Origin: an uncultured delta proteobacterium
GTDB lineage: Bacteria > Desulfobacterota > WTBG01 > CAIYCZ01 > CAIRTM01
Reading direction: 5' to 3'
NCBI GenBank assembly: GCA_963804955.1
Contig: CAWDSQ010000016.1
Location: forward strand, 1-64,000
DNA length: 64,000 bases
Position numbers and translations under genes: made by a program. Below, in pieces: positions 19,803 through 30,115 of the stretch (position 1 is the first letter of the stretch; each line of letters starts with the position of its first letter). Below the pieces are notes generated by a model. The model was given only the letters and a program-made list of their open reading frames with translations. It was not told the origin of the DNA and made no database searches.

Positions 19803-21539
19803 TCAGGCCGCTTGCCGCTGCGGGTTCCTGAATTTTTTTATCGCCAGCACCACAACGCCGACTGCCAGAGCCAACAGCAGAATATCGCCTGCGGCAAGCA
19901 TATAATTCTGCTTCGGGATATAGTCGTTCACCAGTATGATAACCAGTGATGCGATGGTGGTGATGAGCATGAAAATGCCGGGAAGGAGGGCGAACAGAAA
20001 TTTTTTGCCCCGCTGCATGAGCCACAAACTGACAGCGAACATGGTAAGCGCTGCCAGCAGCTGATTTGCCGAGCCGAACAGCTGCCAGAGCTGCTTGAAG
20101 GCATTGTAGTAGGCCAGGATGAACATAAGCCCGACGCACAGCAACGAGTTAAAGAGATAGCTTTTCAGAAACCGGGGCACGTTTTTAAAAAGCATGCTCC
20201 AGAGCTCTTCAAAAAGATAACGGTTCAAGCGCACGGCCGTATCAAGCGTCGTGACCACAAAGCCTTCAACCAGCAGTATGCCAAAGACGACACCATAGGT
20301 CAGGGGCATGCCCAGCGATTTGTTCATAAGCCCGCCAAGGCCCAGCGAAAAAGCGAGTATGGGATTTGACTTGACGCCGGCTGCCGTCGGAAATACCAGC
20401 GAGGTCAGCTGCTCATAGGACAGGCCCACACCGACTGCGATAACCACGCCCACCGCAAGGAGGGACTCAAGAACCATGCCGCCATAGCCAACGACTTTCG
20501 CGTCGGGTCTTTCCTGCGATACCTGCTTCGAGGTCGTTCCCCCCGCCACCAGGGCATGAAAACCCGAGATGGCGCCGCAGGCAACGGTAATGAAAAGAAT
20601 GGGCCAGACATATCCGAGCTGGAGGTTTCCGGCGGCGATGTTCAGGGCCGGGGCCTGCATCAGACCGCCCTTGAGGCCCATGATGACCGTGCCGGTAAAT
20701 ATGCCGATAACGCCGCCATAGAGCATAAACGAATTGGTGAAGTCGCGGGGCTGCAGCACGAGCCAGACGGGCACGCCTGCGGCAAAAATCGTGTAGATCG
20801 AAAGCAGGATCATCCAGTAAAACGGGTCGATCTTTATGGGAAAGTAGAGGCCGATCTGGACCGACACGGCAACCACAATAATGGCTAAAGCGGATGCCAT
20901 ATAGGCGTTGATTCCTTTTTTATACAGCAGAAACCCCAGAAGGGGCGAGCACAGAGTAATGAAGATGACCGAGGTGGAAGCGATGCCGCCGATAACGGCA
21001 TAGGTAATGCCGTTTTCAACAATGGTCTGTATGTTGGTGACCTCGGCGCCGAAATAGGAAATCGGATACTTGGATGCAAGGGCCGTGGTGGTCAGGGTCA
21101 AAAAGACCGAGGTGACCATGAGCAGCATGATGATGGTGAAGGCGATGAACATGAGAAAGCCCGCCCTGCCCATGGACTTTTCCGCGATCTCGGCCATGGA
21201 TTTGCCCCGCTCGCGCATGGAGGCAAGCAGGGCCGAGAAATCATGCACAGCTCCTATGAACAGCGTGCCGATCATGATCCACAGCCATACCGGTACATAG
21301 CCGAAAATCATGGCCACGGTAGGGCCGATGATGGGCCCGCCGCCGGCGATGGAAGCAAAATGATGGCCGAAAATGACAATCTTTTTCGTGGGCACATAGT
21401 CGACCCCGTCGTTTACTTCAACGGCAGGGGTCACATGCGAGCCATCGACATCAAAAATTTTTTCAATATAGCGGGCATAGAAGCGGTAGCCCAAAGCAAA
21501 AACAATGACAGAGATTAAGAAAATGGCAAGTACGTTCAT
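19803..21539 (-). CDS. cstA: Carbon starvation protein A (CstA) transporter
   Basis: DGVDYVPT, GHHFASIAGGGPIIGP, LQPRD, ACGAISGFH, TTLDTAVR, FGSANQLL. Confidence 0.93.
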   Translation of the reverse strand: MNVLAIFLISVIVFALGYRFYARYIEKIFDVDGSHVTPAVEVNDGVDYVPTKKIVIFGHHFASIAGGGPIIGPTVAMIFGYVPVWLWIMIGTLFIGAVHDFSALLASMRERGKSMAEIAEKSMGRAGFLMFIAFTIIMLLMVTSVFLTLTTTALASKYPISYFGAEVTNIQTIVENGITYAVIGGIASTSVIFITLCSPLLGFLLYKKGINAYMASALAIIVVAVSVQIGLYFPIKIDPFYWMILLSIYTIFAAGVPVWLVLQPRDFTNSFMLYGGVIGIFTGTVIMGLKGGLMQAPALNIAAGNLQLGYVWPILFITVACGAISGFHALVAGGTTSKQVSQERPDAKVVGYGGMVLESLLAVGVVIAVGVGLSYEQLTSLVFPTAAGVKSNPILAFSLGLGGLMNKSLGMPLTYGVVFGILLVEGFVVTTLDTAVRLNRYLFEELWSMLFKNVPRFLKSYLFNSLLCVGLMFILAYYNAFKQLWQLFGSANQLLAALTMFAVSLWLMQRGKKFLFALLPGIFMLITTIASLVIILVNDYIPKQNYMLAAGDILLLALAVGVVVLAIKKFRNPQRQAA

Positions 21540-21788
21540 AAACAAAATCCTTTGAAGAATAATGTCATCGGGTTTGATAGAAGGTTGCCGGGGCAGGCCT
21601 GCGGACTTATTGCCCGGCAGCCTGCCACAGACAAATGCAGCGCAGGATGGATTTCATCGTTTACGGTTTTCCTGGTTTCTTAGAATTTTTTAAAATAAAT
21701 ACAGAATTTTTATATCTTTTAATATCATAAACAATAGCACCTATCAATGTAAACTGTTGACTGCCGCAGCTCTAAGCGGTGTTTTTGT

Positions 21789-21817
21789 TTGACAAGGTAC
21801 GGATTGTTTAGTAGAAA
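21789..21817 (+). promoter_or_regulatory. Putative sigma70 promoter of kamA-like gene
   Basis: TTGACA-N17-TAGAAA upstream of a GAGG RBS. Confidence 0.5.
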
Positions 21818-21847
21818 TCGCCCTCATCTTTGATGAGGTAAGAGACT

Positions 21848-23000
21848 ATGAACAGACTGCATACAGCGGCTCTGCAGGGCGATGCTCCGGATGGCTTGCG
21901 CAAAGAATTTTTCAGCCATGTGCCCGACAGGCTTTGGAATGACTGGCGCTGGCAGATGCGCAGCCGGGTGCGCACGGTCGAGCAGCTTGCGCAGTATCTT
22001 CCCCTGTCGCACGAGCAGCAGGAGCAGCTCAGCTTTGTGGCAGCCAAATATCCGCTATCGATAACGCCGCACTATTTGTGCCTCATCAATCCCGATGACC
22101 CGTTTGACCCGATCCGCCGGCAGGCCGTGCCTGCCCGTGAGGAGACGGCGCTGTGCGGATTTGGCGATGAGGACCCGCTGGCGGAAGCTGAGCTGTCGCC
22201 CGTGCCGGGCCTTGTGCACCGGTATCCGGACCGGGCGCTGATCATTACCAACAATATCTGCCCGGTACAGTGCCGCCACTGCAACCGCAAGCGCCAGTGG
22301 CGGCAGGGGCCCTTTATACAGACCGACGCGGCCCTTGCGCCCATGCTGGACTATATTAAAAAAACGCCGCCGTATTCGCGATGTAATTCTCTCGGGCGGC
22401 GATCCGCTGACCTTTTCAACGGGCCGGCTCGAGCGCATCATTTCGGCTCTGCGCCGCATTAAGCATGTGGAGATTATCCGCATCGGCACGCGCTATCCCG
22501 TGACCCTGCCGCAGCGCATCACGGTTGAGCTCTGCTCCATGCTCGCCAAATACGGCCCCATCTGGGTCAACACCCATTTCAACCATCCGGCCGAGCTGAC
22601 CCCGGAGGCGGCCCAGGCATGCCAGCGCCTGCTGCGCGCAGGAATGCCGGTAAACAACCAGTGCGTGCTGCTGCGGGGCGTGAACGATACGGTGGAGGTG
22701 CAGGAGGCGCTTTGCCGGGGACTTCTGAAGATCAATGTGCGGCCCTATTATCTTTTTCATACCGATGATGTGCAGGCTACCGAGCATCTGCGCACACCGG
22801 TCGAAGCAGGCATTGCCATCATGGCGGGGCTTCGCGGCTCAGTCTCTGGCCTCGGGCTGCCCACCTATGTGGTTGATCTGCCCGGCGGCGGGGGCAAGGT
22901 GCCGCTGCAGCCCGACTACCTGATTTCAGGCTCCGACAGCGAATATGTCTTCCGCAACCATCAGGGCAAAATCTGCCGCTACCGCAACCCCGGGAGCTAA
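21848..23000 (+). CDS. KamA-family radical SAM (lysine 2,3-aminomutase-like; frameshift near 22370)
   Basis: WNDWRWQ, HRYPDR, CPVQCRHCNRK, SGGDPL, HFNH, PYYL, PGGGGK. Confidence 0.9.
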
Positions 23001-23005
23001 AGCAT

Positions 23006-23031
23006 AAAAAAAGCGGGCCGCAGGGCCCGCT
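23006..23031 (-). terminator. Rho-independent terminator between convergent genes
   Basis: AGCGGGCC-ctgc-GGCCCGCT followed by a T run on the minus strand. Confidence 0.75.
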
Positions 23032-23039
23032 GATTGGAG

Positions 23040-23594
23040 TTACTCCCCTTTGCGCTGCCAGTGGGTCCAGTAAATGCCCTCTAAAGGATTGCCATATTTC
23101 AACCGGTCGGGGATGATTTCGATGATGCGGTAGTTGAACTCTTTCGGCAGTTCTTTCATGCCCATTTTTTTCATAACGGGAGCGAGCTTCATTTTACGGA
23201 ATGCTTCCATGAATTCTTTGGGCGTATCTTTGCGGCTGTAGACTTTTGCCGTGCCGAAAGCCTGAACGCCCTTGTAGGCGATATAATTTTCCGCCGAATT
23301 ATAGGGTGCGGCAATAGAGAACGAGACCTTCTTATTGTGCTTCAGATTTTCAAACTTCGCCCCGCCTTCGGACAGTATAAGAAAATTCATACCATGGGGG
23401 CGGTACTCGAGCGCGGTTGAACGGGGAGTATTGTCCTTGCAGGTGCTCAGGTGCAGAACATGCTGCGAGGCTATGAATTTTTTGAATTCTTTTTCAAAAG
23501 CTGCCACGGTTTTAAACTTTTTGAGTTTTATGCCCTGCTGCTTGAACAGATATGCCAGGGGCGGGGGCAGGGGTGTTTGTCTGATCTTTGCCAT
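23040..23594 (-). CDS. Pyridoxamine 5'-phosphate oxidase-like FMN-binding split-barrel protein
   Basis: LHLSTCKDNTPRST, KFENLKHNKKVSFSI, GVQAFGTA pattern. Confidence 0.7.
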   Translation of the reverse strand: MAKIRQTPLPPPLAYLFKQQGIKLKKFKTVAAFEKEFKKFIASQHVLHLSTCKDNTPRSTALEYRPHGMNFLILSEGGAKFENLKHNKKVSFSIAAPYNSAENYIAYKGVQAFGTAKVYSRKDTPKEFMEAFRKMKLAPVMKKMGMKELPKEFNYRIIEIIPDRLKYGNPLEGIYWTHWQRKGE

Positions 23595-23892
23595 GATGGT
23601 CTCCTTGTATAAATGTTCCCGTTATATACCTGCTTGCCCATTAGATAATACAGAACCAGTCTGTGTTCAAGGACTATTGTTTATAGCCTGTCACAAGTCT
23701 ATTGTGACAAAAAAAGTCTACTGGGTCTGCGCGGAGACAGGGCATGTACGGGAAAGATGACAGCATATACTATAGCCCCTGATATTTCACTATTATGACG
23801 CTCTATTCTTTTTTTGATTTACTCGTACCACCATATATAGCAAAAGCGGGGCCGCTTATACCCTTGTTTTATTGCTAAAGTTTTACATGGAA

Positions 23893-25560
23893 TTAATGGT
23901 CGCCGGCTTGCAGTATCTCCCAATCTTTGATCATTGCGAGAACCTCATCAGCGGATTGCGCGGTTTTGAGCATTTGCAAGAGATGCCGGCTGCGCGCGGC
24001 TTCGGCAGCAAGCCCCAGTATCTGGACATGGGCGCTTGAATCCTGCGCAGGCGTCAGGATCAAAAAAACGCATTCTATGGGCTTATCGGTTTTTACATCT
24101 GAGACACCCTGCTTTGTTATGCCGATGGCTATGACCGGCTTAGCGATACCGTCAATGCGGGCATGAGGAAATGCCACCGCTTCATTGAAAAACGTCGAGC
24201 CCTGCTTTTCGCGCTCAAGCACTGCCGTTAAGATGTCTTCACAGCCGGTATCCTTTCCCCCGCTGGATATGTGTACCAGCTTTTCTATGATTTCCTGCTT
24301 TGCCGCAGCCTGCTCCCATAGCAGGATGCGCTCCGGCGCTACGAGGCTCCCCAAAGTCGGGCCGGCCGGCGGGACCGGGGCAGGCAGGCTCTCCGCAGGC
24401 TCTTCTGCCGGCTTGGGCACAGCCGCAGCTTCCCCTTTACGGGTATCAAACACGACGATTGTGATGCCGCGCGCGGCCTCCGTCAGGCGCTGTACCATGG
24501 TTTTGCTGCCCAGCAGTTTCTGCCAGAGCGACTCATGCCGCGGGCTCCCGATAACAATATGGCCGACCCGGTACTCGCGGGCAAACCGAAGGATGGTGTC
24601 TGCTACATCCTCTCCCTTGTAGGTAAAAACCATGGCCCCGAGCTGCTTTGCCAGGGTCAGGGTGCCGGACAGCACGCGCTGCACGCTGGAGTCTATGGCC
24701 GTGGGTTCTTCCCGGGGCGTCTGGACATACACGGCATACCAGTTGCGGTTGAGTTTTCCGGCAAGGCGGGAGGCATACCGCAGGAGCATTTCGCTGTTGG
24801 GCCCGTTTGAGCTGAGGCAGACCAGGATCTGGTCAGGCGCAACGGTCGCCTCATCCTCAAGGGGCTCGCGGCGGCGGGAATCAATCTGGGAGGCAAGCTC
24901 TCGCAGGGTCAGCTCACGGAGCTGCTCGAGGTTGTTTGTGATGAAAAAATTTCCCAGGGCTGTTTCGATGCGCGACTGCGGATACACTTTGCCCTCACGC
25001 AGGCGCTGCTGCAGGTCCTCGGTGGCCAGATCGACATTGACGATCTGGTCCGCCCCGGCAAGCACGTTGTCCGGCAGGCGCTCACGCACCTTTACCTGAA
25101 TGGATTTTTCTATTGTGTCGTAGAGGCTTTCCAGATGCTGCACGTTCATGGTCGTAATGACATGAATGCCCACGGCAAGCAGGTCTTCAATGTCCTGGTA
25201 GCGCTTTGCATTGCGGCTGCCGGGCACATTGGTGTGGGCCATTTCATCGATGAGCGCGACAGCCGGCCTGCGGGCGATAATGGCATCTACATCCATCTCA
25301 TCGACCGTGATGCCGCGATAGTCCTGCCGCAGCCGCGGGATGACGTCAAGCCCCTCTATCAGCCGCGCGGTGTCGGCGCGGCCATGGGTTTCCACCAGGC
25401 CGACGGCCACATCGATGCCTTCGCTTTTAAGGCGGTGGCCCTCCAGCAGCATTTGATATGTTTTCCCCACACCGGCACAGTAGCCAAGATACACCTTGAG
25501 CTTTCCGCGCTGCGAATGGCGGATCAGCCTTAAGAAAGAGCTTGTTTTATCTTCATTCAT
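23893..25560 (-). CDS. kdpD: Soluble KdpD N-terminal domain + Usp + PTS EIIA fusion protein
   Basis: RGKLKVYLGYCAGVGKT, ETHGR, DEMAHTN, LRELTL; Usp (ILVCLSS...IVIG); EIIA EREKQGST...AFPHAR; no TM or kinase domain. Confidence 0.9.
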   Translation of the reverse strand: MNEDKTSSFLRLIRHSQRGKLKVYLGYCAGVGKTYQMLLEGHRLKSEGIDVAVGLVETHGRADTARLIEGLDVIPRLRQDYRGITVDEMDVDAIIARRPAVALIDEMAHTNVPGSRNAKRYQDIEDLLAVGIHVITTMNVQHLESLYDTIEKSIQVKVRERLPDNVLAGADQIVNVDLATEDLQQRLREGKVYPQSRIETALGNFFITNNLEQLRELTLRELASQIDSRRREPLEDEATVAPDQILVCLSSNGPNSEMLLRYASRLAGKLNRNWYAVYVQTPREEPTAIDSSVQRVLSGTLTLAKQLGAMVFTYKGEDVADTILRFAREYRVGHIVIGSPRHESLWQKLLGSKTMVQRLTEAARGITIVVFDTRKGEAAAVPKPAEEPAESLPAPVPPAGPTLGSLVAPERILLWEQAAAKQEIIEKLVHISSGGKDTGCEDILTAVLEREKQGSTFFNEAVAFPHARIDGIAKPVIAIGITKQGVSDVKTDKPIECVFLILTPAQDSSAHVQILGLAAEAARSRHLLQMLKTAQSADEVLAMIKDWEILQAGDH

Positions 25561-25566
25561 GAAAAT

Positions 25567-26148
25567 TCACCTGTCCTGGCTTAACGACATATTGAGCAGC
25601 AGCACATTGACCCGCGGCTCACCCAGCACCGCGAGATCGCGGCCTTCCGTATGAGCCAGTATTTTCTTCTCAACGGACTCAAAGCTCATCCCCCTTTCTT
25701 TGGCAATGCGCGGGGCCTGCAGCAGGGCATTTTGAAGGCTTATATGAGGATCAAGACCGCTTCCCGAGGCGGTTACTGCATCAGCCGGCACCAGAGCATC
25801 ACGGGCAAGGCCGTTTGCCTGCCGGTAGTCTGCAGCGCGCTGCCCGGCCGCATCGATCAGCTTTTTTGAAAGCGGCCCCAGATTGCTGCCGCCGGAGGCT
25901 GCAGCATCATACCCGGCGCCCGCTGCTGAAGGCCGGGGATGAAAATACTGCGGCCCGGTAAATCCCTGGCCGATAAGACGTGAGCCGACAACAGTTCCTG
26001 CCTCGGTGAGCAGCGACCCGCCTGACTGATACGGAAATAAGAGCTGCGCCACGCACCACACCGTCAGGGGATACATGCAGCATACAATAACGGCAAGCGC
26101 TGCTGCAGCAAGCGCTGCTGTGCGCAATTCTTTCATAAGAGCTTTCAT
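25567..26148 (-). CDS. kdpC: K+-transporting ATPase subunit C
   Basis: GSRLIGQ, YFHPRPSA, SGGSNLGP, TASGSGLDPHIS, VNVLLLN. Confidence 0.95.
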   Translation of the reverse strand: MKALMKELRTAALAAAALAVIVCCMYPLTVWCVAQLLFPYQSGGSLLTEAGTVVGSRLIGQGFTGPQYFHPRPSAAGAGYDAAASGGSNLGPLSKKLIDAAGQRAADYRQANGLARDALVPADAVTASGSGLDPHISLQNALLQAPRIAKERGMSFESVEKKILAHTEGRDLAVLGEPRVNVLLLNMSLSQDR

Positions 26149-26164
26149 TGCGGCCGGGCCCTTT

Positions 26165-28184
26165 CTATACAAGATGTAAAGCATTGACAAGCATATCGAT
26201 TACCTTTATCCCGACAAACGGCACTGCAAGGCCCCCGATCCCGTAGAGCAAAAGATTTCTGCGCAAAAGCGCTGCCGCGCTTACGGGCCGGAACCGCACG
26301 CCGCGCAAAGCAAGAGGGATCAGGGCGATGATGATAAGGGCATTGAATATGACCGCGCTGAGGATGGCGCTTGGCGCCGACTGCAGGCCCATGATGTTGA
26401 GCGGTGCAATAACGGGGAAAACGCCTATCAGCATGGCCGGGATGATGGCAAAGTATTTGGCCACATCATTGGCGATGCTGAACGTGGTGAGCGCCCCGCG
26501 GGTGATGAGCATCTGCTTGCCGATCTCTACGATCTCTAAAAGCTTGGTCGGGTTGGAGTCAAGATCAACCATATTGCCGGCCTCCTTCGCGGCCTGCGTG
26601 CCCGTATTCATGGCAACGCCCACATCGGACTGGGCCAGCGCCGGGGCATCGTTGGTGCCGTCGCCGGTCATGGCCACAAGATGGCCTGCAGCCTGCTCCC
26701 GGCGAATGAGGGCCAGCTTGTCTTCGGGTGTTGCTTCGGCAACGAAATCATCAACCCCTGCCTCGGTTGCAATGGCCGCAGCGGTTAAGCGGTTATCGCC
26801 GGTAATCATAATGGTCTTGATGCCCATGGCCCGAAACCGGACAAAGCGGTCCCTGAGGCCTCCCTTGACGATGTCTTTCAGGTGGATGACGCCCAGCACG
26901 GTCTGCGTGTCGACAACAACAAGCGGCGTGCCGCCCGCCTGCGAAATTTTCTGCTGTGCCGCCTGCACATCGACCGGAAACATTTTTCCGATAAAATCAT
27001 ATACTGCGCCTGCTGCGCCTTTTCTGATTTGTTTGCCGTCTATATCCACCCCGCTCATGCGCGTTTGAGCCGTAAAGGGCACAAAGCGGGCATGGGGCAG
27101 CTCGGCTATGGAGCGGCCCCGCAGGCCGTACTGTTTTGCCAGCACCACAATGCTTCTGCCCTCAGGCGTTTCATCGGCAAGTGAGGCAAGCTGGGCAGCG
27201 CTTGCCAGCTCCTGCATGACTCACGCCCTCGGCCGGGATGAACTCGGTTGCCTGCCGGTCTCCCAGCGTTATGGTGCCTGTTTTATCCAGCAGCAGCACA
27301 TCCACATCGCCTGCCGCTTCTACGGCCCGGCCGCTCATGGCAAGCACGTTTTTTTGAACCAGGCGGTCGATGCCCGCAATGCCGATGGCGCTTAACAGCC
27401 CGCCGATGGTTGTCGGAATGAGGCAGACCAGAAGCGCGACCAGCACGGTAACGGAAAACGACATGCCGGAATAGAGCCCGAAAAATTTCAGGCTCATGAT
27501 GACCACGAGGAATATGATCGTCAGGGCCGACAGCAGTATGGTCAGCGCTATTTCATTGGGCGTCTTCTGCCGCTTGGCCCCCTCCACAAGGTTTATCATG
27601 CGGTCAAGAAAGCTCTCGCCCGGATTGGCCGTAACAACGACCTTTATCCGGTCTGAGAGCACCCGCGTGCCGCCCGTCACGGCGCTGCGGTCGCCGCCCG
27701 CCTCCCTGATGACCGGCGCCGACTCTCCCGTTATGGCAGACTCATCAACCGTGGCAACGCCCTCCACGATTTCGCCGTCAGCAGGTATCACCTCGCCGGC
27801 CGTTACTACAACCATATCGTTTTTCCGGAGCTGTTCGGCCGACACCTGCTCGATAGCCCCTTCATGCAGCCGGTTTGCCATTGTTTTGGTGCGGGTTTTG
27901 CGCAGTTCGCTTGCCTGGGCTTTGCCGCGACCCTCTGCCATGGCCTCCGCAAAGTTGGCAAACAGCACCGTAAACCAGAGCCAGAGCGTTATCTGGAGGG
28001 TGAAGCCAAAGGGCTCGTCGCCGGCCCTGAAAAAAAGGCCGGCACTCGTGATCGCGGCGCCCACTTCGGTCACGAACATGACGGGGTTTTTGAGCATCGT
28101 TCCGGGGCTCAGTTTCCTTACGGACCCGACAAGCGCCGGAACAAGTATCGTTTTATCAAACAGCGAGCGTGATTTCGCAGCCAC
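26165..28184 (-). CDS. kdpB: K+-transporting ATPase subunit B (frameshift near 27220)
   Basis: [44 protein letters not shown]. Confidence 0.95.
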
Positions 28185-28196
28185 TGCCGTCTCCTT

Positions 28197-29930
28197 TCAA
28201 AACAGAACCGCTGATTTTGTCATCAGAAAATGCTCAACTACCGGTCCGAGGGAAAGAACCGGCACAAAGGTGAGCGCTCCGACTATGAGAATTGTGCCCA
28301 CCAGAAGAACGATAAAGATAAACCCGGCAACCGGAAAGCTTCCCTCGCTCTGAGGGTGTAATTTCTTTTTTGCCATATTTCCGGCAAGGGCCAGGACGGG
28401 CACTATCATGAAAAAGCGGCCAAGAAGCATAGCACAAGCAAGCGTCGTGTTCAGCCAGGGTGAATTGGCGGCAAGCCCTGCAAATGCGCTGCCGTTATTG
28501 CCGGCGGCTGATGAATACGCATACAGCAATTCGCTTAAGCCATGCGGCCCCTGATTATTCAGTCCCGCAAGCCCCCAGGTGCTGACGGCAGCCCAGGCCG
28601 TAAAGCCGAGGATACCAAGGATCAAAACCAATAGTGCAAGGGCGCTCATCTTGATATCATAGGCCTCAATCTTTTTGCCGACATATTCAGGCGTGCGCCC
28701 CACCATAAGCCCTGCAAGAAAAACCGTCAGCACTACAAAGACCAGCATGCCGTAAAGCCCCGCGCCGACTCCGCCGAAAACGACTTCTCCGAGCTGGATA
28801 TTTAAAAGCGGGATCAGACCGCCCAGGGGAGTAAAGGAATCATGCATGGCATTGACGGCCCCGCAGGAGGCATCCGTGGTTACCGTTGCAAAAAGAGCGG
28901 AATTAAAAATTCCGAAGCGCACTTCCTTGCCTTCCATATTGCCGCCTGCCCGGTCAATGCCCAGAGCATGCAGCCGCGGATTGCCGGCGCTTTCCGCCTG
29001 CCAGCAGACGGTGAGGCCCGCAAGGAAAAGAACAAGCATGGCCGACCAGACCGCCCAGCCGTGTTTCTGGTTTTTCACCATCCTGCCCAGGTAATAGGTT
29101 AACCCGCTGGGGATTAAAAATATCGCGAGCATTTGCAGAAAATTTGAAAGCGGCGTCGGGTTTTCATAGGGATGGGCGGCATTGGCATTCATAAACCCGC
29201 CGCCGTTTGTGCCGAGCATCTTGATTGCAACCTGCGATGCCAGGGGGCCCTGCGCAATGGTCTGCGCTGCTGCGGCCTGCTGCAGCGGCTGATCGAGAGC
29301 CTGCACGGTCACGTACGGCTTGAAATTCTGGATCACGCCCTGGGAAACCAAAAAGACGGCAAACATAAGGCTCAGCGGCAGCAGCAGGTACAGATGTATC
29401 CGCACGAGATCAACCCAGAAATTGCCGATGGTTGCTGCGCTGTGGCGGCTCAGGCCCCGCACGAGCGCGGCGGCTACTGCTATGCCGGCCGCAGCCGATG
29501 CGAAATTCTGCAGCGTGAGCCCCACCATTTGCGAGAAATACGACAGGGTCGACTCGCCGCCATAGCTCTGCCAGTTGGTATTGGTCGTGAAACTCACCGC
29601 CGTATTAAAGGCAAGATCAGGGCTCACCGGGCCGAACCCCTGGGGGTTGAGCGGCAGCAGGTGCTGCAGCCGCAGCACGGCGTAGGTGAACAGCAGGCTC
29701 ACCAGGCTGAAAGCAAAAAGCGAGAGGCAATACTGCCGCCAGCTTTGCTCCTGCGTGCTTTTTATGCCCAGCAGCCGGTAGAGAAGCTGTTCGCAGGGCC
29801 GCAGCACCGGATCAAGAAATGTTTTGCCGCCCGCGTCAAGAACCTTTACCAGATAAAGCCCCAGCGGCTTGGTCACTGCCGCCAGCAGCCCGATAAACAG
29901 TGCAAGCTGTATCCATCCATAGATATCCAT
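28197..29930 (-). CDS. kdpA: K+-transporting ATPase subunit A
   Basis: TNTNWQSYGGE, LGTNGGG, SCGAVN, NNGSAFAG selectivity-filter motifs. Confidence 0.97.
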   Translation of the reverse strand: MDIYGWIQLALFIGLLAAVTKPLGLYLVKVLDAGGKTFLDPVLRPCEQLLYRLLGIKSTQEQSWRQYCLSLFAFSLVSLLFTYAVLRLQHLLPLNPQGFGPVSPDLAFNTAVSFTTNTNWQSYGGESTLSYFSQMVGLTLQNFASAAAGIAVAAALVRGLSRHSAATIGNFWVDLVRIHLYLLLPLSLMFAVFLVSQGVIQNFKPYVTVQALDQPLQQAAAAQTIAQGPLASQVAIKMLGTNGGGFMNANAAHPYENPTPLSNFLQMLAIFLIPSGLTYYLGRMVKNQKHGWAVWSAMLVLFLAGLTVCWQAESAGNPRLHALGIDRAGGNMEGKEVRFGIFNSALFATVTTDASCGAVNAMHDSFTPLGGLIPLLNIQLGEVVFGGVGAGLYGMLVFVVLTVFLAGLMVGRTPEYVGKKIEAYDIKMSALALLVLILGILGFTAWAAVSTWGLAGLNNQGPHGLSELLYAYSSAAGNNGSAFAGLAANSPWLNTTLACAMLLGRFFMIVPVLALAGNMAKKKLHPQSEGSFPVAGFIFIVLLVGTILIVGALTFVPVLSLGPVVEHFLMTKSAVLF

Positions 29931-29945
29931 GGTCGAACTCCGTTG

Positions 29946-30035
29946 TTAAAATAATTCCGGCTTGATAATTGAAACAAACAGATAGACAATGAGCGCCACC
30001 CCAATGAAGGCGACAATTATTTCAAGCATGTTCAT
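29946..30035 (-). CDS. kdpF: KdpF small subunit (29 aa; not in ORF track)
   Basis: MNMLEIIVAFIGVALIVYLFVSIIKPELF: single TM, YL...PExF C-terminus, directly upstream of kdpA. Confidence 0.9.
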   Translation of the reverse strand: MNMLEIIVAFIGVALIVYLFVSIIKPELF

Positions 30036-30115
30036 ATCCTTTCACAGGCCCGCACATAGAGAATACACAGGCCGAAAAAAATTACCGCCAGAGCGATAAA
30101 CAGAACATCGATCAT
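30032..30115 (-). CDS. 27-aa single-TM peptide upstream of kdpF (not in ORF track)
   Basis: MIDVLFIALAVIFFGLCILYVRACERI; ATGA overlaps with both the kinase stop and the kdpF start. Confidence 0.75.
   Translation of the reverse strand: MIDVLFIALAVIFFGLCILYVRACERI

Noticed and set aside
22355..22380. Programmed frameshift at the A-run in kamA
   Set aside because: The frame is restored by deleting one C in CCGCCGT (giving TPRIRDV), which matches the window-wide indel errors
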